From: a virus
Lineage: Duplodnaviria > Heunggongvirae > Uroviricota > Caudoviricetes
Strand: one strand, 5' to 3'
DNA: 64,000 bases
Virus record (IMG/VR): IMGVR_UViG_3300037258_000931
Location: 64,001-128,000 of that record
The notes under the pieces are model-generated. The model made no database searches. It was not told where the DNA came from and saw only the letters and a program-made list of their open reading frames with translations. Shown here one piece after another: positions 1-7,809 of the stretch (position 1 is its first letter; every line of letters begins with the position of its first letter). Both the position numbers and the translations under genes were made by a program.

Positions 1-39
1 GGGGCGAGCGATTTTCAGGCGTTGCGATTGGGATGGCCG

Positions 40-58
40 TTTTTGGTCCGGCTATCAA
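40..58. promoter_or_regulatory. Repeated motif TTTTTGG-N5-CTATCAA, copy 1
   Basis: TTTTTGGTCCGGCTATCAA; near-identical copies at 475, 789 and 4612. Confidence 0.5.
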
Positions 59-59
59 G

Positions 60-398
60 CTAATGCAGGAGTTCTCCCAGGCCCATTTCGGTAAAGGCGG
101 CGATGATGGCCGGATCGCGCATGCCGTCAATGCCGATGAAGTAGCCCGCGTCTTGATGCCATTGCACGCACTCGCGGGCGGTGGCGATGAAATCGGCCCG
201 GTCGTGGCATTGGGTGAAGGTGGTATCGCCTTCGCAGTAGCTCATGAGTTGCAGCGTGAGCGGGTTAATCCAGTTGCCGAAGTAAGACGCGTCTTGACGG
301 GTGTCAAGCTGTGCCCAGCCGTCTGCCGGGGTGCAATTGCGAAAGTCGTACTTGTATCGATCTGCCATGAATTCGTGGCCGCGTAATACGGTTGCCAT
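60..398 (-). CDS. Hypothetical phage protein (112 aa, MATVLRGHEF...)
   Basis: Internal ATG of ORF 60..587 with a purine-rich upstream sequence; co-oriented with the neighbouring genes. Confidence 0.7.
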   Translation of the reverse strand: MATVLRGHEFMADRYKYDFRNCTPADGWAQLDTRQDASYFGNWINPLTLQLMSYCEGDTTFTQCHDRADFIATARECVQWHQDAGYFIGIDGMRDPAIIAAFTEMGLGELLH

Positions 399-474
399 CT
401 CTTTACCTTCCGGCCCGGTTTCGGCCCAGGCGTGCCGCTGTGGTTCTGGTTTTGTGACAAGTGCTTGCTGCGTG

Positions 475-494
475 TTTTTGGGGCCGCTATCAAA
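475..494. promoter_or_regulatory. Repeated motif copy 2
   Basis: TTTTTGGGGCCGCTATCAAA. Confidence 0.5.
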
Positions 495-771
495 TGTTTC
501 GCGTGGCCAGTCCGGGCAGCAGGTCTCCGGTCTCGGGAATGAATTCCCAGCACGAGGCTTGCCCACGCAAGATTTGATCGGGGGCAAGGGCGCGCAACTC
601 GCGCAAGGCCGCGTCCCGATGATCTTTCCAGTCCAGTTGGCGGCGGTTGGCTTGGCCGCGATCTGAGTAGCGCAGGCCGATGACCTCGCCGTCTTTGACG
701 GCGGCCCAGGCTTCGCCGCATCCGCGATAGTCGGTTGCGGCGGGACTGTCGGAGTGAATGGTGAATACCAT
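490..771 (-). CDS. Hypothetical protein (MVFTIHSD...)
   Basis: ATG at 771 preceded by AAGGGG on the minus strand. Confidence 0.55.
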   Translation of the reverse strand: MVFTIHSDSPAATDYRGCGEAWAAVKDGEVIGLRYSDRGQANRRQLDWKDHRDAALRELRALAPDQILRGQASCWEFIPETGDLLPGLATRNI

Positions 772-788
772 CTTGATTCCCCTTTCGG

Positions 789-808
789 TTTTTGGTCCCG
801 CTATCAAA
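789..808. promoter_or_regulatory. Repeated motif copy 3
   Basis: TTTTTGGTCCCGCTATCAAA, immediately upstream of the RBS of the 771 gene. Confidence 0.5.
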
Positions 809-943
809 AAATAGAGGGTCCGGGTTGAGTGGATGACTCTCCAGGTGCGCGCGGCGCGGGCGGGGATTGGCGGCGGGGCCGGGCGGCGGGCGGCCCGGTA
901 CCACGTGGCGAGCGCTTTTCACGTGATTACCGGCGGCCCGGTA

Positions 944-1162
944 TCAGGCCGGATGCCCGGTACAGGTGGCGCGCTCTGCCGGGTCCGGTTGTATGTATCT
1001 CTCCCGGACATAGGTCAAGGCCAGCCGGAAAGCGCGCGCGCGAGTGAATGATTCCGCGCACAGATAGTCGCCAGCGTAGACGGTGCAACGGGCCGGTTCC
1101 GCTACGACGCGCGCGTTAGGGTACAGCGCGCGGAATTCCCGCTCCGATTTGCTCATGGTCAT
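944..1162 (-). CDS. Hypothetical protein (72 aa)
   Basis: ATG preceded by AAGGGGGAAG on the minus strand. Confidence 0.6.
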   Translation of the reverse strand: MTMSKSEREFRALYPNARVVAEPARCTVYAGDYLCAESFTRARAFRLALTYVRERYIQPDPAERATCTGHPA

Positions 1163-1243
1163 AACTTCCCCCTTACAAGACGCGCCAGTGTCGCGGGCCG
1201 GGTTGCGGCAAGGCGAATCCGGTTGCAGACTCGCCTTGCCCGG

Positions 1244-2404
1244 TTAACGGTCGATATACACGGTCTCCCCGAATGGTGCGGTTGCATCCACTTCCGTGGA
1301 GAGCCATAAGACTGGGAAAGACGGTGCGGTATCGGGAAAGGTGCCGTCTAGGTCTGTAATGCAGATTGCACACGTGGCTAGCGCTTCGCGCTCTATTGCG
1401 TCCAGGGCGGGCCGAAAGTCTGTACCACCTCCCCCCTCGGGTTGCCACGTCAACGGTTCACCCTTTTCGAAACGGTCGACCCGGCATACATCTGCATCGG
1501 CATAGTAGACAGTGACACCGGCCGGGCTGCATTCGTCAAAGACGGATTCGACAATGGAGCGCGCATAGCTCAAAGACGTTTCGTCGACACTGCCGGAAGT
1601 GTCGACCAATATGGCCACTTCCCCCAACTCGCGCGAGTCAAGAGACGGCAAATACAGACCGTGAGCAATGTACCGGGTGTTAGGCCGCGTCCAGGAATAA
1701 TCGCCGGTTGCGCGCTCTGAAAAAAAGCGCAGCATGAGGGAGCGGATATCGATACGCGGCTTGAGAGCTTGCTGTATAGCGCGCGCTATTCCCTCGGGAG
1801 CATTGCCTGCGAATTGCGCGTGTTGCAGCGCTTGAGACGCGCGTTCTTTCCATGCTTGCTCTGTAGGCGCCGGGTTGCCGTCCGGGTCCGGGTTGTTGGG
1901 TGCGTCTCTCACTTCCCCTAACGGGTCCGGGTTGCTTCCCGGACCGTTGCCGTCATTCTGGCCATTGCCGGATTGATCCGGGTTGCCGTCCGGGTCCGGT
2001 TCGCGCTTTTGATAGATGCGCTCAAAAATCCATTCTGCCGACTTGCCGATTTCATCCCGCTCCGCAAAGTGGCCATCGGCGGGCAAGGTAAAGCCCGCGT
2101 CTCTCAGTTGCGAGTTGATTGTCTTGTCACAGGCGATATTCCAGTGAGCCATCTCCCGGCCCGTGCGTCTCCAGGGATGACCTAACGCGCAATGCATGAC
2201 TTCATGAGCGACTAATCCTTTGGTCCGCTCATGAGTCAACGATTCGATAAACGCGGGCTCGAACCCGAATGTACGACCGTCAACCCATGCGGTACCGCAA
2301 CCGGTATCGGCCCGGAGAATGAGAGACAATGCCAGACAACCGAAAAACGGTTGCTCGATGATAAGCGACGTGCGGGCTGCTTGTAGCTTAGAAAGCGCGC
2401 TCAT
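1244..2404 (-). CDS. DUF2201-like zincin metallopeptidase plus C-terminal vWA domain
   Basis: HEVMH (HExxH), MIDAS DTSGS, GGGTDF and ITDLDG motifs, low-complexity D/N/P/G linker. Confidence 0.85.
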   Translation of the reverse strand: MSALSKLQAARTSLIIEQPFFGCLALSLILRADTGCGTAWVDGRTFGFEPAFIESLTHERTKGLVAHEVMHCALGHPWRRTGREMAHWNIACDKTINSQLRDAGFTLPADGHFAERDEIGKSAEWIFERIYQKREPDPDGNPDQSGNGQNDGNGPGSNPDPLGEVRDAPNNPDPDGNPAPTEQAWKERASQALQHAQFAGNAPEGIARAIQQALKPRIDIRSLMLRFFSERATGDYSWTRPNTRYIAHGLYLPSLDSRELGEVAILVDTSGSVDETSLSYARSIVESVFDECSPAGVTVYYADADVCRVDRFEKGEPLTWQPEGGGGTDFRPALDAIEREALATCAICITDLDGTFPDTAPSFPVLWLSTEVDATAPFGETVYIDR

Positions 2405-3267
2405 GCAAAAATCCCCTTTCCATAGGTTGCTTGCATGGATGCAAGTATCGTTTGCGCGCGGTTGGCAGTCTCAAGGCGGGCTTTGTCATCTTTGCGCAGG
2501 GTTTCGGGTTCTGCCGTGGCTAACAATTCAGTCTCGCGCCGCATACGCTCCAGGGCCGGATCATCCGTAACATTGATCCGGGTCAGGATGTCGCATAGCT
2601 CGCGCGCATTGGAGATAAGCGAATCCCGAAAGATTGCATCGGGTTCGGACAACCGGGCCTGAATATGTTGGACGCATGCGTAAAGACGTTTTACCGCGTC
2701 TTGATGCGCGGCTTCGAAAGACTCTCTGACCCGCTCTTCAGTCCGGGCCGCAATGGCATTGATTTCGTCATCGGCGATAGTGACCCGGAAGTCTGTACCG
2801 GTTGGAACGGGATTGTACTCAACCGCAAAGGAATAACGGTCCCGGATGTCTGCGGGGTAATCGTCATCTTTGTACATGCCGTTTAGCTTGTCTTTTGCGG
2901 CCATGCGCAATGCCGGATAATCGGCCCGGAATTCTGCGAGTAAGCGGTCAAACTCGTGCTTCCACTTGCGCATGATATCCGTGTAATGATCGAAATTCTT
3001 CACGGTCAAAATGCGCCATCCGTCATCGGACCATGGCAAGGTTTGGTCATAGTTGCCTTGGCGGACCGCTGCCACGTGCGAGTTAAGCGCCTTATAGGTG
3101 GGAGCGTCTCCAGGTAAGAGATGTTTGTTAAACCGGCCCGCGTCCAGGGTTGCGCCATGGGCCGCAGTGGCTTCCATGGACACTTTACGGTCGTATTTGC
3201 GCGCGCTCCAGGAGGAGATGCGGAGCGATACCAGCATGGCGCGAGTATGCAATTCTGCCTGCGTCAT
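2401..3267 (-). CDS. DUF3150-like protein
   Basis: Helical 288 aa protein in the usual position between a MoxR ATPase and a vWA gene; 4-nt overlaps with both; family assignment from recollection. Confidence 0.6.
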   Translation of the reverse strand: MTQAELHTRAMLVSLRISSWSARKYDRKVSMEATAAHGATLDAGRFNKHLLPGDAPTYKALNSHVAAVRQGNYDQTLPWSDDGWRILTVKNFDHYTDIMRKWKHEFDRLLAEFRADYPALRMAAKDKLNGMYKDDDYPADIRDRYSFAVEYNPVPTGTDFRVTIADDEINAIAARTEERVRESFEAAHQDAVKRLYACVQHIQARLSEPDAIFRDSLISNARELCDILTRINVTDDPALERMRRETELLATAEPETLRKDDKARLETANRAQTILASMQATYGKGIFA

Positions 3268-4304
3268 AGGGACACCTCCTGACCGGAGATGAGCGCGCCG
3301 ATTGGCCCGGCGGCAATGCGTACAAAAGTGTCAGTATAGGTGAGTTTCTCATCGCGCCGGGTTGCGTCTTTGACTAGCAATACTGCAAACTCCCCCCGTT
3401 GCGCGTCGACCATCCGGTTTGCATAGATGCCGATGCGGGCAAAGGTTTGGGGATTGGCGCGCGCGGCCAACCCTACAGCGGTCGCATACAATTCGGACGG
3501 TTCGGTAGGAATCCGCGCGGTATCCGGGTTCATCAAAATTGCGTCCAGGTTCACGAGTGAGCTAACCATCCGGCGAAAGACTACATATTCGGTTGCCGCC
3601 GCTTCCCCTACTGCCCCGCTCATCGCTGCCAGTTCGATAGGACCGTCCAGGTTGAGGGATTCGAGTTTGGCCAGATTCGCCCATGTGCGCGGGCTGGGGG
3701 AGTTTGTTAGATCAGCGCTCGCCACAAATTTCGAAAGCAATTCGGGCCGATAACGGAGAAACGCTATCAGGTTAACCGGCAAGTCGTGATTGATTGCCCA
3801 TTGGCACCAGTCGTCAATGCTGGGCTCTAATTCGACTATTGCCGCGAACCGGGATTTTACGGGTTCCAAGATTCCCGATACTCCGGCCCGGTCGGTTCTG
3901 CGATTTGTGGCTGCAACAAAGGTTACGCAATCGGGGAGTACATGACCGTTGACGCGACGGGCAAGCAATAACTGCATGTAGCTTGCCTGTACAGCGGGAG
4001 AGGCTTGGCCTAAGTCATCCAAAAACCAAACCGTGGGAACCGTAGCCTTGAGCGCGCGCGCCAGTTCGCCAAACGGGATGAATGTAGCCTCATCCGCGCC
4101 GGGTTTAGGCCATGGCAAACCTTTAGCATCTGTAGGGTCCGCAACTGCCGGGTGAGAGATGAGCAATTCCGCACCAGCCGCTTGCGCGCCTTGCGCCACT
4201 AGGTCCGACTTTCCAACTCCCGGCGCGCCGGTAATGAGGATTGGCAACCGGGCCGGAATCATCGCGGCCAATAGGGTTGTAAGTTGATTCGGAGTTATCT
4301 GCAT
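3264..4304 (-). CDS. MoxR-like AAA+ ATPase
   Basis: Walker A GAPGVGKS, Walker B WFLDD, sensor AATN, SPRTW. Confidence 0.9.
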   Translation of the reverse strand: MQITPNQLTTLLAAMIPARLPILITGAPGVGKSDLVAQGAQAAGAELLISHPAVADPTDAKGLPWPKPGADEATFIPFGELARALKATVPTVWFLDDLGQASPAVQASYMQLLLARRVNGHVLPDCVTFVAATNRRTDRAGVSGILEPVKSRFAAIVELEPSIDDWCQWAINHDLPVNLIAFLRYRPELLSKFVASADLTNSPSPRTWANLAKLESLNLDGPIELAAMSGAVGEAAATEYVVFRRMVSSLVNLDAILMNPDTARIPTEPSELYATAVGLAARANPQTFARIGIYANRMVDAQRGEFAVLLVKDATRRDEKLTYTDTFVRIAAGPIGALISGQEVSL

Positions 4305-4505
4305 GTTTGATCCTTTTCGCGGGATTCGGCCCGCGTCCGGTTGAGATACTTATCGCAGATAGAGTTAACCATCCGCATGAATCCGGTTGCCGATGTGTCC
4401 GGGAAACCGGCCTGTATCGATGCACCGTATAGACGCTCTGTCATCCGTCCATCTAGCGCGTACTGCATTCAATCCCCCCTTACCCCGATAAAGCATCGAA
4501 AGATC

Positions 4506-4535
4506 ATCCTAAAAGCATTATCACTACGGTGTCAA
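4506..4535 (-). promoter_or_regulatory. Sigma70-type promoter for the leftward operon
   Basis: Minus strand TTGACA-N18-TAGGAT in an AT-rich patch. Confidence 0.6.
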
Positions 4536-4611
4536 TACCATTTGTCACTAAAGTGTTATTAGGGTCCTAAGCATGTTGGAAGGAATGAACCCTTTAAGGG
4601 GAGATGGGGTA

Positions 4612-4630
4612 TTTTTGGGTGCCTATCAAA
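4612..4630. promoter_or_regulatory. Repeated motif copy 4 (N4 spacer)
   Basis: TTTTTGGGTGCCTATCAAA. Confidence 0.4.
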
Positions 4631-4928
4631 GCATGGCGCAAGATATCAGCGCTAGGGGATGGCGCGCACGCGCGCGCTTGTCTGGCGACACTTCCCATAG
4701 GGTTGGAGCGGTCTGGACGCGGGAGAGAGCATCTCCAGGGCCGCGCGCTGCTATTCCTACAGGATTAGCGACGGTTGCGCGCTCCGGGACCGTTTTTTGG
4801 TCCGGATGTCTGCTTAGACGTTGGCCCGGTTGGCCGGGCCGGGCCGCGCCTTTGTCCGGGATAGGGGGTGGCGCCGGCGGCTCCAACGCCTTAGCCTCTC
4901 CCTGAGTGAGATCGGCCGAAATCGCAGC

Positions 4929-5127
4929 GCGCAACTTATGCGCATTCTATTTTGGCGCAATTAAAACATAACGGAAGATAGCGCAAGTTATTTTGGCGCA
5001 ATTAAAGCGCAAGTTATCAGGCAGGGTCTATGCCGCGGTTATGGCGGCCATTAACGCGATGGCGCAAGTTATGCGCAATGTAAATTTAGGGTTGACTCGC
5101 AGGCTGCTTTTGCGCAAGCTGGCGCAA
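4929..5127. repeat. Cluster of nine GCGCAA-core repeats in the divergent intergenic region
   Basis: GCGCAA at 4929, 4955, 4981, 4996, 5007, 5062, 5073, 5112, 5122, often extended as GCGCAAGTTAT or TTTGGCGCAATTAAA. Confidence 0.7.
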
Positions 5128-5398
5128 GATAAGCGTAATGGTTCCACGTGGAACCGGGCAGCCGTTCTGTGAGATATGGAAGCGTTGAATTTGAAAACTC
5201 GGCAAATTGGAATCACGCAAAGGATGGTTCGCGAGTTGGCAGACAACTTCTTTGCGGAAACGCCGCTGTTCCGAATGCTCCATCGTAATGGCCTGGCTCG
5301 GAAGCGAATGCGGGCGTACCGGATTTTTAAGAACTCGCGTCGGCCGGCGCAGTTTCGGCAGGACGTGTGGTGAGCTGAATTTTCACAAAGGGAGACAG

Positions 5399-5632
5399 AT
5401 GCCGAAGCCAAAGCCCACAGACGAAGATCTGGAGCAGCGAGAGGTCCGGAAGCGGGAATGGCTTGCGTTCCGGAAGGAGTTTCTGTTTACTCAGGTCAAG
5501 CTGGCCGATGTGCTTGGCATCAGCCGGCGCTCGGTTCAGCTTGTCGAATCGGCTAAGGTGACGCCGCTGGCGCAGACGCTGCGAGCATTCAATGCTTTGA
5601 AGTCGCGGTACGATGCTGGCCGGGCAGCGTGA
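5399..5632 (+). CDS. XRE/Cro-like helix-turn-helix protein
   Basis: TQVKLADVLGISRRSVQLVE HTH pattern; AGGGAG RBS. Confidence 0.8.
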   Translation: MPKPKPTDEDLEQREVRKREWLAFRKEFLFTQVKLADVLGISRRSVQLVESAKVTPLAQTLRAFNALKSRYDAGRAA

Positions 5633-5661
5633 GGGTTTGAGTTTTGAAAAAGGAGAACACC

Positions 5662-6063
5662 GTGGAAGAGGAATATGTAGAGGGTTTGAGCGGGGCCGAG
5701 ATTATCGACGATATCAAGGCGCTGGTGGCTGAGCGGCTGGGCGGAGACTGCAACTTGCGGCCGGCGGATTCCTATACCGGGGGCTACGACGGCTGGATCG
5801 AGATCCACTTGAACCTGCATGGATTAGACACGGCGCAGGTAAAGACCAAGATCGTGATGGGCGCCGTCCGCGACGATACAGAGCAGGCTCAGGTAGTGGC
5901 CCGGATCGAAATTCCGCTGGAGCCGGCACTTAATGTGGTTCGGGAGCGCGCGGGGCTGGGAATCCCTACTCTGGCCAAGGACGTAGACGGCAAGACCGTG
6001 ATCAAGAAGCGCCACTATGCCAAACCAGTGGTCGGGGGCGCCGCGACGGGCGAGCAGCTCTAG
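5662..6063 (+). CDS. Hypothetical protein
   Basis: GTG after AGGAG at 5651. Confidence 0.65.
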   Translation: MEEEYVEGLSGAEIIDDIKALVAERLGGDCNLRPADSYTGGYDGWIEIHLNLHGLDTAQVKTKIVMGAVRDDTEQAQVVARIEIPLEPALNVVRERAGLGIPTLAKDVDGKTVIKKRHYAKPVVGGAATGEQL

Positions 6064-6066
6064 GCT

Positions 6067-6270
6067 ATGCCGGAGCATTACACCAAAGCTACGGTGATGG
6101 CGACTTTCTGGTGCAAGAAGTGCCATAAAGATACGCTGCACAATGTCTCCGGCGGTCGCCGCGGCTTTTGCCTGGACTGCATGAAGAAGCTGGAGGACGC
6201 GGCGTTGGATCGCGGGCCCGAAGCGGCTGAGGAATCGGCGCCGGAGCAGCCCGGCGATCTGTTCTCGTGA
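6067..6270 (+). CDS. Small putative zinc-finger protein
   Basis: Two CxxC motifs (CKKC, CLDC). Confidence 0.6.
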   Translation: MPEHYTKATVMATFWCKKCHKDTLHNVSGGRRGFCLDCMKKLEDAALDRGPEAAEESAPEQPGDLFS

Positions 6271-6277
6271 GGGCAGG

Positions 6278-6664
6278 ATGAAGAACGAGCAGGTGGAGCG
6301 GCTGGTAACAGCTTTCGAGCGGCTGGTTTCGGCCATGGAGGAAACGAATGGTATCCGACAACGGGAGTTCGGAAAGCGGTACCCGGAGCGGAAAGAACCG
6401 CGCGACGCGGTTAAGAGTCGTATCCCCACCGCCGAAGATCTCATCCGAGAAATCCACGGGGCCAGCGGAGAAACTGTCGACCAGTGGCTCAGCCTCGCCG
6501 AAGAAAGTGAAGAATGGATCGGAACACGGGAGAGAGAATACCTTGCCCGTGCCCAAGGCGCCGCGGGAGACGGACCGCATGGCGGAGGCGTTGAAGCGGC
6601 TGAAAGTGAGACCGGAGAGCCTGTCGAGCGCGCCGCAGATCACGCCGATGTTCAAGAAGGCTGA
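6278..6664 (+). CDS. Hypothetical protein
   Basis: ORF in operon order. Confidence 0.55.
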   Translation: MKNEQVERLVTAFERLVSAMEETNGIRQREFGKRYPERKEPRDAVKSRIPTAEDLIREIHGASGETVDQWLSLAEESEEWIGTREREYLARAQGAAGDGPHGGGVEAAESETGEPVERAADHADVQEG

Positions 6665-7232
6665 GGGCGGCCTGAAGGCGGTGCTCGAAGCCATGCGCTT
6701 TGCCTCGCAGAATGAGACTCTGCGGATTTTTTTGAAAAAATACGATTCAGTGCCGGCGGGCGATCGGGAGCGGCTGCCCTGGGAAGCGGTGGCGATTGCC
6801 GCCAAACTTGATTTTGAGCAGCTCACTGGAGCGATTATGTTCGCGATGTCGAGCGTGTCGGCGAACACGGTGAAGATCATGGCCTGGAGTGCCCATCCAG
6901 AGGTCATGCGCAAGACGATCAAGTACGCCAAGTTGCCCAGTGGCGAGAAGGACCGATCGATGTTCCACACCGGGACCGGATGGCTACCTTCAGCGAAGGG
7001 CCCGACGTTTATCGGCAAGCAGGTGGCAGTCTTTGGATCTGGCGGCAAACTGAATGGCGACGAGCCGGCCCCGCAAGCGACCTTTGGTGAGGACGATGAT
7101 CCGGAATTGCTGTTTCCTTCATCGAGCGCGATGCAGGAACGGCTGGTTCCGGTGCGGCAGCGGCTGCTGCAGGACGGTCGCGTTGCCGTGGCTGAGCAGT
7201 TGCCGCCCGAAGAGTACGAGCCGGGGGAGTGA
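6579..7232 (+). CDS. Hypothetical protein, candidate terminase small subunit (start uncertain, 6348 or 6579)
   Basis: Position upstream of the large terminase; no diagnostic motif seen. Confidence 0.4.
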   Translation: MAEALKRLKVRPESLSSAPQITPMFKKAEGGLKAVLEAMRFASQNETLRIFLKKYDSVPAGDRERLPWEAVAIAAKLDFEQLTGAIMFAMSSVSANTVKIMAWSAHPEVMRKTIKYAKLPSGEKDRSMFHTGTGWLPSAKGPTFIGKQVAVFGSGGKLNGDEPAPQATFGEDDDPELLFPSSSAMQERLVPVRQRLLQDGRVAVAEQLPPEEYEPGE

Positions 7233-7262
7233 GGCGGAGCTGACACTCGCTCGAAGTAGCGC

Positions 7263-7291
7263 TTGACACGCATTCAGTTTCAGCTTAGAGA
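7263..7291 (+). promoter_or_regulatory. Candidate promoter
   Basis: GCGCTTGACACGCA is shared with 13536-13549; TTGACA-N17-TAGAGA (weak -10). Confidence 0.45.
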
Positions 7292-7303
7292 TAAGGAAAT
7301 CAT

Positions 7304-7382
7304 CGAGACACATGCCCCCGCGACTTTTGCGGAACAAGCAATGGCTCAGGACCAGTAATGGCCCCTGGGCCATTACTGTTTC
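7304..7382 (+). ncRNA. Structured cis-regulatory RNA element, copy 1 of 7
   Basis: GAG..CATGCC, hairpin, AACAAGC, then hairpin AATGGCTCAGG..CCA GTAA TGG..CCTGGGCCATT. Confidence 0.7.
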
Positions 7383-7470
7383 CACTCGACCGAATCTTAA
7401 TTATCCGGGAGAGTCCCCAGCGTATGAACAGCGCGGGGGGAGTCCAATATGTTCCGAAGGAGAGCGAATC

Positions 7471-7584
7471 ATGGCCAAAGGTATGCGGGTCCGGAAGATG
7501 GACATCACCTGCACTAAAAAAGGCACCAAGCGCGTGAAAAAGCTTGGCAAGAAAACTCACAAGAACCTGGCAGTGAAGGGCTAG
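7471..7584 (+). CDS. Small Lys/Arg-rich peptide (37 aa, MAKGMRVRK...)
   Basis: AAGGAG RBS; strongly basic. Confidence 0.65.
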   Translation: MAKGMRVRKMDITCTKKGTKRVKKLGKKTHKNLAVKG

Positions 7585-7595
7585 GCCGGGCGATT

Positions 7596-7706
7596 ATGGC
7601 CAAGCGTAAGCGGGTGAAAGTGGAGCTAGTGCAGCTCAAGAAGATGCGTCCCCCGGTGCATGACACTGGCAAACGTACGCTCCGCAAAAGCGGCGTGAAA
7701 AAGTAA
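7596..7706 (+). CDS. Small Lys/Arg-rich peptide (36 aa, MAKRKRVKVELVQLKKMRPPVHDTGKRTLRKSGVKK)
   Basis: Read by hand, below the ORF-track cutoff. Confidence 0.55.
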   Translation: MAKRKRVKVELVQLKKMRPPVHDTGKRTLRKSGVKK

Positions 7707-7809
7707 ACGCCGATCGACGCGGGACTGAGCGTGTCTCGGGGAGGGGTTTATCTACTCCGAGCGGATTATTTTAGCCAACCTGGATGAGTTCGCGGCGCGC
7801 GAGGGATGG

